A stretch of DNA of 64,000 nt from Armatimonadota bacterium (GCA_039811685.1 JBDHZC010000001.1:192001-256000); one strand, 5' to 3'; shown: positions 31,125-39,443, counted from the stretch's first letter. Made by a program: numbers and translations. Notes: generated from the sequence alone by a model not told the origin.

Positions 31125-31141
31125 AAAGGAGATTTTCTGCA

Positions 31142-31891
31142 TTGGATATTCCACGGATCTTCAACATAACCGAAAGCACTCACCGCATCCATAACCCGTT
31201 CACACCCGAAAAGCTCGCTACTCTCGGCGCGGCGCTGCGTCTGGAAAAGGGGACCCGAGTGCTCGACCTCGGCAGCGGTTCGGGGGAGATGCTATGTACC
31301 TGGGCTCGCGATTACGGGGTCATCGGCGCCGGCATCGACATGAGCCAGTTGTTCACCGATCAAGCGAGACTTCGCGCTGAAGAACTCGGCGTGGCCGATC
31401 AAGTCAAGTTCATCCATGGCGATGCTGCGGGCTGCGTCTCTAACGAGAAGGCCGGTGTGGCAGCCTGTCTCGGCGCCACGTGGATCGGCGGGGGCGTCAG
31501 CGGAACTATCGAACTTCTGGCGCAGAGCCTCCGCCCCGGAGGGATTATCCTTATCGGGGAGCCCTACTGGCGGCAGTTACCGCCGACGGAAGATGTTGCC
31601 AAGGGGTGTCTTGCCGGCTCAATCTCCGACTTTCTCCTGCTTCCAGAACTTCTCAGAGTCTTCGGCCACCTAGGCTACGACGTCGTGGAACTGGTTTTGG
31701 CAGACCAGGACAGCTGGGACAGATACGAGGCGGCCAAGTGGCTCACCATGCGCCGATGGCTTGAAGCCAATCCCGACGACGAACTTGCCAAAGAGGTTCG
31801 AGCCCAACTGACCTCGGAACCCGTGCGCTACGCCGCCTACACGCGTGAATACCTGGGCTGGGGTGCTTTCGCGCTGATGCTGCAGTGGTGA
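31142..31891 (+). CDS. yjhP: Class I SAM-dependent methyltransferase, YjhP-like
   Basis: MDIPRIF..ES.HRIHNPFT, LDLGSGSGEMLCTWARD, IGEPYWRQLP, WDRYEAAKWLTMRRWLEANPDD, closely resembling E. coli YjhP as I recall it. AAGGAG RBS, TTG start. Confidence 0.88.
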   Translation: MDIPRIFNITESTHRIHNPFTPEKLATLGAALRLEKGTRVLDLGSGSGEMLCTWARDYGVIGAGIDMSQLFTDQARLRAEELGVADQVKFIHGDAAGCVSNEKAGVAACLGATWIGGGVSGTIELLAQSLRPGGIILIGEPYWRQLPPTEDVAKGCLAGSISDFLLLPELLRVFGHLGYDVVELVLADQDSWDRYEAAKWLTMRRWLEANPDDELAKEVRAQLTSEPVRYAAYTREYLGWGAFALMLQW

Positions 31892-31967
31892 GTTGTGGCA
31901 TCCGGCGGAGATGGGGAAATGCGAGTCAACGCCGCTTCCGCCTCACCGGGAACGGCCTGATCTTTGA

Positions 31968-31980
31968 TAACTCATTGATA
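31968..31980 (-). promoter_or_regulatory. IHF-consensus-like site near the island right end
   Basis: The reverse complement TATCAATGAGTTA fits WATCAANNNNTTR. Confidence 0.45.
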
Positions 31981-31986
31981 TTGAAG

Positions 31987-32058
31987 GTTTCGGATGCTGC
32001 GGGAATGACAAGCCTCACCAGCGTGACCGATGACTGGAAACCGATATTCCCGCAGCAT
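31987..32058 (+). repeat. Palindromic repeat copy 3
   Basis: 67/70 identical to copy 1, same orientation and left boundary. Confidence 0.95.
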
Positions 32059-32137
32059 ACAAATGAAACTGTGATGAAGGGGGCTGCACACGGGGAGCCA
32101 AATTCAGCCTGCTGAGCTTCAGCAGTTCTCGCTTATC

Positions 32138-32180
32138 ACAAGACCTCGGGGTATGACTCCTCAGGGTCTTGTGCCTTTTT
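32138..32180 (+). terminator. Terminator-like hairpin just outside the island right junction
   Basis: CACAAGACC/GGTCTTGTG stem followed by CCTTTTT. Confidence 0.6.
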
Positions 32181-32437
32181 AGGACCCTGTGCAGCCTCTC
32201 TACTGCAGCTCGCTGGCGATTCGTATCCGTACACGCTGAAGGGCTCCGATGGGAGGCTCGGAGCCCTTCGGCGGGAGAGGGGACAAGAGCGTTCGCCCAC
32301 ATGTCGCTCTTGTCCCGCCGGATGCCGGACGGTCTGGGAAGCTCGCCCGTGGCGTGTCTCACGTGTGTGATGCGGAAAGAGTTACCAGGTTGTTATATGA
32401 CTGACTGATACCGCGTCTGGGCGACAAATGCGCCTGA

Positions 32438-32632
32438 TCAGTCAACGGGCTGAATGTTGGAGATTTTGTCCAGATTCAGCTCCTCGCTGTCGCTGACAAG
32501 GTAGGCCCCGTAGAACGGAACGAAGAGAAGATCTTTCACTGTGAGTTCAGCGGTCTGCTGCGCGCCCGTCCGGTCTGTCCAGGTGACGCTACAGTTGCGC
32601 CCAATGAATTGTCTGGCTTGTGTCAGTTGCAT
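32438..32632 (-). CDS. Small hypothetical protein (64 aa)
   Basis: MQLTQARQFIGRNCSVTWTDRTG...LDKISNIQPVD, globular-looking. GGGGA RBS-like sequence before the ATG at 32632. Confidence 0.55.
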   Translation of the reverse strand: MQLTQARQFIGRNCSVTWTDRTGAQQTAELTVKDLLFVPFYGAYLVSDSEELNLDKISNIQPVD

Positions 32633-32881
32633 GGCAGGTTCCCCAGAGCCTTCGGCTGATCCGGCAGCGGCTTGTCCCGATATATAGCGGACATCGCGCG
32701 ATTGGCCGATGTGGGCGGCCCTAACCCGGCGTAACATGTCCTTCAACTGGCGCTGAAAGGAGAGGGCCAGGCTCCCGGTAGTGTCCATTCCGTGCTGAGA
32801 CACACGCCCTCAAGGTGGCTGGGTCAGGGCGAGGCCTTGGCCAGCAGCGCTATGGGTTACCGAGAGCCTGGTTATGCTAGA

Positions 32882-33025
32882 GGTCAGAGAAGAGGAGGAG
32901 GTTCGAGGGTTGTTTGTGAGGTTCGTGGTATTTCCCGCGCGTGCTTCGGGAAGCTGGTCCCGCGCTTGAGTTGGCTGTGGGAGCCGGCAAGCCCGGGCAT
33001 AAATCCTTGAACATTCTCTCTGATT
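32882..33025 (+). ncRNA. Candidate structured non-coding RNA (unassigned)
   Basis: Long-range pairing GTCAGAGA/TCTCTGAT and GTTCGAGGGTT/AATCCTTGAAC, with G-U pairs that work only on the + strand. Two internal hairpins and an upstream TATGCT. Confidence 0.35.
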
Positions 33026-33196
33026 ACAGATGGCCCGCTTTGTCTCGGCCGGGGCCGGAAGCCTGTTCAGTTGTTCACTTATGTTTTGCCACCACACCTG
33101 CAGGGTGTGTACTGGAAGGAGTACGGGCTTTTATCGAGTCCCTGCTTTGCGCTCTCGGATTTGGCCGTTTGCCTGCAGACAAGCCATAATCCCTCT

Positions 33197-34015
33197 GTGG
33201 ATTCTGAGGTCGCGTCGGACAGGTTCGTGGGTGTGGTGCTGGCCGCTGGCCGCGGTTCGCGGATGGCTTCGGACACACCGAAAGTCCTGCTGCCGGTGGC
33301 GGGGCGCCCGCTTGTTGAGTGGGTGCTGGACTGTCTTTCGGGAGCGGGCGTCAGGGATATCTGTGTCGTTGTGCCGCAAGACTCCGTTGAGATCAGAGCG
33401 GTGCTCGGTAGCCGGGTTGAGTATGCGGTTCAGGCGGAGCCCACGGGCACCGCAGATGCTGCCCGTTGTGCGCTGCGTGTTCTGGATCCGCAGACGGAGC
33501 ATATTGTGCTGGCCTGTGGAGACAGCCCGCTCTTTCTGCCCGCTACGGTCGCTGCGCTTGAAGAAGAACATCTTCGAGCCGGCGCCGCGGTCACGCTGAC
33601 CTCTGCGATACTCGATAATCCGACTGGCTACGGGCGGATTGTGCGCTCTAACGACGGAGTGATTGTCAGGGTATGTGAGGAGAAGCAGGCAGGGCAAAGC
33701 GAGCGAAAGCTCAAAGAAGTCAATGGTGGGTTGTACGCCTTCGAAGTTGCCTGGCTGCGCGCTCAACTGGAAGAGCGCCTGGGACCTGAGCGTATCCAAG
33801 GTGCGTCTTCCTGTTCGGACGTCCAGAGTGTTTCCGAGTTTGTCCTCACCAGAGTCGTTGAGATGGCCGTCCCTGGTCAGCGCGCAGTTGCCAGCGTTTC
33901 TTGCGATCCGGAAGAGATCGGAGGCGTAAACACGCCGGAAGAGTTGGCGCGGGCAGAGCGGACACTGGCAGTTAGACAGTCTGCAGATCAGGCAGCGCAG
34001 AAAGGACGCGGATAA
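33197..34015 (+). CDS. Sugar-phosphate nucleotidyltransferase (GlmU N-terminal domain only)
   Basis: LAAGRGSRM..PKVLL, QxEPxGTA, GDSP, GYGRIVR, EVNGGLY, GVNTPEEL. No hexapeptide acetyltransferase domain. Confidence 0.85.
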   Translation: MDSEVASDRFVGVVLAAGRGSRMASDTPKVLLPVAGRPLVEWVLDCLSGAGVRDICVVVPQDSVEIRAVLGSRVEYAVQAEPTGTADAARCALRVLDPQTEHIVLACGDSPLFLPATVAALEEEHLRAGAAVTLTSAILDNPTGYGRIVRSNDGVIVRVCEEKQAGQSERKLKEVNGGLYAFEVAWLRAQLEERLGPERIQGASSCSDVQSVSEFVLTRVVEMAVPGQRAVASVSCDPEEIGGVNTPEELARAERTLAVRQSADQAAQKGRG

Positions 34016-34423
34016 TTGGCAATGGATGAGCTTGACCCGCAAGACTTGGAAGAAGTGGAGAGGGTAGCGCGCGAATATAGCGCCGCTTTTCGGGCGGCTG
34101 ACCCACAGAGGGCCGTGAATCTTAGCATTTTGCCGGTTGTAGATTGCGTGGACGTTGGGACGCGGTGCGGGGTCTACGTGATGGATCAGACGGAGTTCGA
34201 GGAACACGTCCGGGAGCACAAGAACGAGAACTTCCACACAGACGTAAAGAACATTGTTATCGAGTCTCTCGGGAAGAATGCCGCTCTGGCGCGTGTACAA
34301 GCAAGCATCAGTCTGCAAAGCGGAGACTCAGCCGACGTGGAATGGGTGGAGTTTCTGGCGCGCACGCACGACGGCTGGAAGGTGTGGGCGAACTGGCTGG
34401 GTCCATATCCGCGAGAACTCTAG
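34016..34423 (+). CDS. Hypothetical NTF2/SnoaL-like protein
   Basis: 135 aa with a helix-then-strands pattern ending DGWKV, directly after the upstream gene. Confidence 0.55.
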   Translation: MAMDELDPQDLEEVERVAREYSAAFRAADPQRAVNLSILPVVDCVDVGTRCGVYVMDQTEFEEHVREHKNENFHTDVKNIVIESLGKNAALARVQASISLQSGDSADVEWVEFLARTHDGWKVWANWLGPYPREL

Positions 34424-34521
34424 CACCCTTGGTTGGCGGGCGACTGCGGCTTCAACAGATTACCCGAGTATAGAATGGCGGCCTTGTTTCACGAGGGCTG
34501 GGCCGCATAGATTGGATACGG

Positions 34522-35289
34522 ATGGAGCGACAACAGATTTCCGATGCGTTGGTCTCGATGTCCCTGGAGATAGGACGTCCTGAGAACGACTATGTCATCC
34601 TGGGAGAGGGCAACACCAGCGCCCGCCTGAGTGACGCGAGCTTTGCAGTGAAAGCCAGTGGGAAGCCGCTGCTTACTGCCTCCAGTGGCTCTTTTGTTGA
34701 AGTCTATTTTGAGCCTGTGCTCAGAATGTTGGAGCTGGCAAGCGCCACTGACGAGGAGGTCAAGACCCTCCTGCAGCAAGCGAGAGTGGACCAGACCAAC
34801 GATCTGCGCCCGAGCGTGGAGACGGTGCTTCATGCCTCATTGCTCAGCCTGCCTGGCGTCAATTACGTCGGGCATACCCATGCGACAGCAGTCAATGCGG
34901 TACTGTGCAGTAAGGGTTGGAAGGAAGCGATTTCCGGACGACTGTTTCCGGATGAAATCGTCTCGTGCGGAATTGCGCCGGTGGCTGTGGAGTATGTGGA
35001 CCCCGGATTGCCTCTGGCCAAGGAATTGCACCGGCGCGTCAATGACTACGCCTCCGCCGTGGGAGCTGCGCCAAAAGTGGTGTTGATGCAGAACCACGGC
35101 ATCATCGCGCTTGGGGCCAGTCCGGACGAAGTCCTCGGCATAACGGCGATGTCCGTGAAGGCCTTTCGCATACTGGCTGGCACGTCGCAGTTTGGAGGTC
35201 CCAACTTCTTAAGCGAAGAGAATGTTCTGCGCATCAGCTCGCGACCTGATGAGCTTTATCGTATGAAAATGATTCGCGGCACTGCGTAA
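34522..35289 (+). CDS. Class II aldolase/adducin family protein
   Basis: GEGNTS, PSVE, HTH, NHG zinc ligands. Confidence 0.88.
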   Translation: MERQQISDALVSMSLEIGRPENDYVILGEGNTSARLSDASFAVKASGKPLLTASSGSFVEVYFEPVLRMLELASATDEEVKTLLQQARVDQTNDLRPSVETVLHASLLSLPGVNYVGHTHATAVNAVLCSKGWKEAISGRLFPDEIVSCGIAPVAVEYVDPGLPLAKELHRRVNDYASAVGAAPKVVLMQNHGIIALGASPDEVLGITAMSVKAFRILAGTSQFGGPNFLSEENVLRISSRPDELYRMKMIRGTA

Positions 35290-35350
35290 GCCTGTGATCA
35301 AGATGGTTGTGTCACTGCAGACAGAGTTTCGGATGTAAGAGGTACAGAAT

Positions 35351-37930
35351 ATGTCAGATGTATTGGAGCAGTACAGGAAAGCCCACGCGCCTTTACCTGC
35401 TGAGAATCTTCGGTGGGAGATGTACGGAGCTGGCCTGGAGAACTTCGGAAAGAACGGCATGCCGATCCATCAGGCGGTTCCAAGCCCTGGCCCTGACGAG
35501 CTCCTTTTGCGAACCGACGCGGTTGGTATCTGCTTCAGTGACGTCAAGCTGACCTCACTCGGCCCCGAGCATCCGCGCATAACGGGGCGCGATCTTGTCA
35601 AAGACCCTGTCGTACCCGGGCATGAGGTTTCCGCGACAGTCGTGGAAGTCGGAGCGAATCTGCGTGAGCGCTTCAAGGTGGGCGAACGCTACATCGTGCA
35701 GGCAGATGTCTTCTACAAAGGCACGAGTATGGCCTACGGTTATGTTCTTCCGGGCGCCATGCAACAATATGGACTTGTCGGTCCTGAGGTGCTGCAGGGC
35801 GATGATGGGTGTTATCTGCTGCCCATCAAAGAGGAAACAGGCTACCTGCAGGCGGCTCTTGCCGAGCCTTGGGCGTGCGTTGTAGCCGCCTACCGGATTC
35901 AGCCGCGCACACACATGAAAAAAGGCGGAACGGCCTGGTTTTATGCGACTGGCAATGCGCAGACTGAACAGATAGCGTTGGGCGATACGCTAGTTGACGA
36001 CACTCTTCCCGCTAAAATTCTGACCACAAATGTAAGTGCCTCTCTGAGTGAGAAAATACAGGCCGCCAGCAAACCCACTTCCACCGCCCTCATCCAGCGT
36101 GACCAGGTTAGAGCGGAGGAGTTTGCCACAGTCTCTGATGAGACCACCGGTGGGGTGGGGTTCGACGACATTGTGGTTCTGGGGGCGCCTACTACTGACG
36201 AAGCACGTGAGCTGGCGAAGGTACTGGCTCCGGGTGGAGTGATGAATATTGTTGCTGGCAAAGGCATCGGCGGAGATGTGGAGATTGACATCGGCCGAGT
36301 CCACTACGACCGCCTGACATTCGCTGGAACCTCTAGTCCAGATGTGTCCGCAGGGTATCGGATGCCACGCACTACTGAGCTAAAGCGGGGAGGAGCCACT
36401 TGGTTCATCGGCGCCGCAGGGCCCATGGGGCAGATGCACGTGCAGCGCGCTGTCGAACTAGACTCTCCGCCTGCTAAAATTCTCTGCACAGATATTGACG
36501 ACGAACGTATTGAGATGCTCCGCTTGCGCGTTGACAATATCGCGAAGCAGCGCGGCATCGAGATGCGTTTTGTCAACCCAACCAAACTCCAACCGGGAGA
36601 ACAGGAGCGAATCATCAGTGAGATGACCGATGACAGAGGATTCGACGACGTCGTTTCACTCGTACCTGTCGCCGCTTTGATTGCTCAAGCCGCGCAGCAT
36701 ATCGCATCTGAGGGAGTTTTCAACATTTTCGCTGGTGTGCCTCGTGGCACCAAGGCCATACTGCCAATTTCCGACTGTTATGTGCGCAACATCCGCTATG
36801 TCGGATCAAGCGGATCCCGGCTTTCTGATCTGGAGGACACTCTGCGCCTCAGCGAAGCCGGGCAGCTAGGCACTGCCGCCTCGGCGGCTGCAATTGGCGG
36901 AATGAATGCGATGCGAGAGGGTATAGCGGCCGTCAAGGAAGGGCGCTTTCCGGGCAAGACCGTTATCTTCCCCCAGTTTCCCGACTTCCCGCTCACGCCG
37001 ATTACTGATCTTAAAGACAAGTTGCCGACTGTCTATCAGAAATTGCGCGACGGATTGTTCTGGACGAAGGAAGCCGAAGAAGAGTTTTTCCGAGTCATGC
37101 TGAGCGCAGGGTCTTTGGAGGGTGAGAAGAGCCGCCCAAAACCGAAACGCCTTCTCGGTAAAGTCGCGCTGGTCACAGGCGCCGCTCAGGGACTTGGGCA
37201 GGCGCTGGCCGCAAGGCTCGCTCGTGAAGGCGCCAGTGTTGTTGTTGTGGATCTGAACCTGGATGGCGCGAAGGCGACTGCTGAGGAGATAGGAACTGAG
37301 TCCAGCGTCGAAACGATGGCCGTGGGTCTCGATATTACGCGGGAGGAAGATGTCGCGGCTTCCATCAGCCAGGTTGTGGCGCGCTTTGGCCGCTTGGACA
37401 TTCTGGTAGCCAACGCCGGCATTCTGTTTGCGGGCGCCATTGAAGACTTTGATGTAGCCAGGTGGCGAAAAGTGATTGAAGTGAACTTGGTTGGCTATAT
37501 GATCACTGCCAAGCAGGCGGCAATTCAGATGATCGCTCAGAAGTCTGGAACGATCATCCAGATCAACTCGAAGTCTGGTAAGAAGGGATCGTTTCGCAAC
37601 AGCGCATACGCGGCCAGTAAGTTCGGGGGTATCGGGCTTACTCAGAGCCTTGCGCTTGAGCTGGCTCCGCACGGAATTCGAGTCAATGCCGTGTGTCCCG
37701 GCAATCTGTTGGACTCACCGCTCTGGGTGGACAGCCTTTACGAACAGTACGCCAAAACACAGGGTATCTCCAAAGAGGAGGTGCGGAAAAAGTACGAGGG
37801 GCAGGTGCCTCTGGGGCGAGGGTGCTCCTATGATGACGTTGCAAACGTGGTGGTGTTTCTGGCAAGCGAGGAGGCCGGCTACATGACGGGTCAGGCGATC
37901 AACGTCACGGGCGGCCAACAAATGGACTGA
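35351..37930 (+). CDS. Fused Zn-dependent MDR (L-sorbose-1-phosphate reductase-like) and SDR sorbitol-6-phosphate dehydrogenase (SrlD-like)
   Basis: N-terminal GICFSD, GHE, EPWAC, GAAGPMG. C-terminal TGAAQGLG, NAG, QINSKSGKKGS, YAASK, PGNLLDSP, TGQAINVTGG. Confidence 0.8.
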   Translation: MSDVLEQYRKAHAPLPAENLRWEMYGAGLENFGKNGMPIHQAVPSPGPDELLLRTDAVGICFSDVKLTSLGPEHPRITGRDLVKDPVVPGHEVSATVVEVGANLRERFKVGERYIVQADVFYKGTSMAYGYVLPGAMQQYGLVGPEVLQGDDGCYLLPIKEETGYLQAALAEPWACVVAAYRIQPRTHMKKGGTAWFYATGNAQTEQIALGDTLVDDTLPAKILTTNVSASLSEKIQAASKPTSTALIQRDQVRAEEFATVSDETTGGVGFDDIVVLGAPTTDEARELAKVLAPGGVMNIVAGKGIGGDVEIDIGRVHYDRLTFAGTSSPDVSAGYRMPRTTELKRGGATWFIGAAGPMGQMHVQRAVELDSPPAKILCTDIDDERIEMLRLRVDNIAKQRGIEMRFVNPTKLQPGEQERIISEMTDDRGFDDVVSLVPVAALIAQAAQHIASEGVFNIFAGVPRGTKAILPISDCYVRNIRYVGSSGSRLSDLEDTLRLSEAGQLGTAASAAAIGGMNAMREGIAAVKEGRFPGKTVIFPQFPDFPLTPITDLKDKLPTVYQKLRDGLFWTKEAEEEFFRVMLSAGSLEGEKSRPKPKRLLGKVALVTGAAQGLGQALAARLAREGASVVVVDLNLDGAKATAEEIGTESSVETMAVGLDITREEDVAASISQVVARFGRLDILVANAGILFAGAIEDFDVARWRKVIEVNLVGYMITAKQAAIQMIAQKSGTIIQINSKSGKKGSFRNSAYAASKFGGIGLTQSLALELAPHGIRVNAVCPGNLLDSPLWVDSLYEQYAKTQGISKEEVRKKYEGQVPLGRGCSYDDVANVVVFLASEEAGYMTGQAINVTGGQQMD

Positions 37931-37956
37931 GCCGGCAAGAGCGATTTAGTTCAAAT

Positions 37957-38001
37957 GAGCAGGAAGCCCGGAATGCGTAATTTCCAGACTTCCTGCTTTT
38001 T
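37957..38001 (+). terminator. Rho-independent terminator
   Basis: GAGCAGGAAG/CTTCCTGCTT stem plus T-run, between convergent genes. Confidence 0.7.
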
Positions 38002-38048
38002 GCGTCTATATAGATACCGATCAATTCCAAACAGCAGAAGTTGACGGA

Positions 38049-39287
38049 TCAGTCTGCCGTGTTGACCAGTTCTTCAGAGTTCAAACGTATGGCGCGGTAG
38101 CCGCCTTTGGCGCGGTCTGAGAGATAGACCAGGCCAAATACCACCACGAGCACCGCTGGAAGGATAGCCATAGCTTGCAGCGCTCCAGAAGTGCCCAGTT
38201 TCTGTTGCATTTCTCCCAGAATCGGCTGAGCAAGTCCCGCAGCAGCCATGCCTGCTGCGCCCATCAGCCCCAAAAGAAGAGCCCCGCCCCTCGGGAAGCG
38301 CTCTGATGTGAAGCCGAGCATCGTGGGCCAGTAGTAGCAAATACCCACCGCGAAGACGAACGAAGACAGATATGCCTGAACTGGACTATGCACGCGCGAC
38401 ATCAGCAGCAGTCCAATGCAGGATACGACCGAAGAGGCAATCAGGAGGCCAACCGGCGAAAGCTTGTGGACGAACTTCCCGGCCAGAGAGCGTCCAATCA
38501 GCATAATCAAGCTGATCCATGCAAGGATTAGAATTCCGGACTGAATCCCGCTTCGTTTCATCATTTCGCCAATCCACTGATTGGTGCCAAGCTCTGTTGC
38601 GCCCGTGAACAGCATGCAAAACAGCCAGAGCAGAAATAGCGGTTTGAGGGCTTCGGCGTACATGCCTTTTGTGCTGACGCCAGATTGCACGCGCTCCGTT
38701 TCCGGGAACTTTAGTCTGAAAAGCATGACTCCGTAGATGACGACAGGGATAAGAATTATCCACATTTTGCCCTGCCACGAAGCCCCAAACTTGCCGAACG
38801 CCCATGCCAGAGCGCTTCCGATAACCAGGCCTCCCGGCCACCACGCGTGCAATGCGTTCAATTTCTCTGTCTTGCGATCAGGGTAGATCGTGGCAACCAG
38901 TGGATTCGTTGCGCCCTCTACAAACCCATTTCCGACCCCGATGATGAGCGTCGCGGCAAGAAGAAACGTGTAGCTGGTTGAATAGATGGTGAGAACAGTT
39001 CCCAGCACCTGACCGATGAAAGCCAGAACCAGCATGGCCTTCGTGCCAATGTAGTCGAGAAGTTGTCCTCCGATGAAGATCGAGATCAAGAAACCCCATA
39101 GAGCAATAGTGCTTACCCAGCCAACCTCTACGTCGCTGAGGTCAAACGATGTCTTCAGGTCACCCAGTATATCTCCACGAACTGAAAAAACGAGTGCTGT
39201 TGCAATGATTGCAATGCAGCTCGTAACGAACATCATTTGCCTATTGCCGCTGTGGCCTGCAACGTCGCCAGCCATACTTGGAGTCAA
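38049..39287 (-). CDS. MFS transporter (sugar-transporter-like)
   Basis: ~12 TM helices, G.LLD..G.K motif A-like, NPLVATIYP, HAWWPGG, WPTM. Confidence 0.85.
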   Translation of the reverse strand: MTPSMAGDVAGHSGNRQMMFVTSCIAIIATALVFSVRGDILGDLKTSFDLSDVEVGWVSTIALWGFLISIFIGGQLLDYIGTKAMLVLAFIGQVLGTVLTIYSTSYTFLLAATLIIGVGNGFVEGATNPLVATIYPDRKTEKLNALHAWWPGGLVIGSALAWAFGKFGASWQGKMWIILIPVVIYGVMLFRLKFPETERVQSGVSTKGMYAEALKPLFLLWLFCMLFTGATELGTNQWIGEMMKRSGIQSGILILAWISLIMLIGRSLAGKFVHKLSPVGLLIASSVVSCIGLLLMSRVHSPVQAYLSSFVFAVGICYYWPTMLGFTSERFPRGGALLLGLMGAAGMAAAGLAQPILGEMQQKLGTSGALQAMAILPAVLVVVFGLVYLSDRAKGGYRAIRLNSEELVNTAD

Positions 39288-39443
39288 TTCACTCCCTCCT
39301 TCCCTGATGGAACTATTGGCAGGCCCTTACGGACTGTCCTCTGTGGTGAGCGGACCTGCCGATACCTGAGAGCATTGTGCGACAAGCCGCTCGCCTTTTC
39401 CTGCACAGACTATTCTTTTCGCGCTCGCATTCCGGGCCGCAGG

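Larger units (their letters stand above)
29482..32100. mobile_element. Integrase-less mini genomic island at the tRNA-Asn 3' end
   Basis: The tRNA 3' end CGGGGAGCCA (29482-29491) is repeated exactly at 32091-32100. Accessory cargo and repeated palindromes lie between the two copies. Confidence 0.65.

Noticed and set aside
29607..32058. CRISPR array interpretation of the GTTT-starting repeats
   Set aside because: Copies are ~70 bp long and ~1.2 kb apart with whole genes between them; there are no 30-40 bp spacer series and no cas genes in the window.
29607..32058. Canonical integron attC sites
   Set aside because: The element starts with GTT instead of showing RYYYAAC...GTTRRRY boundaries, and no intI is present; kept only as an analogy.
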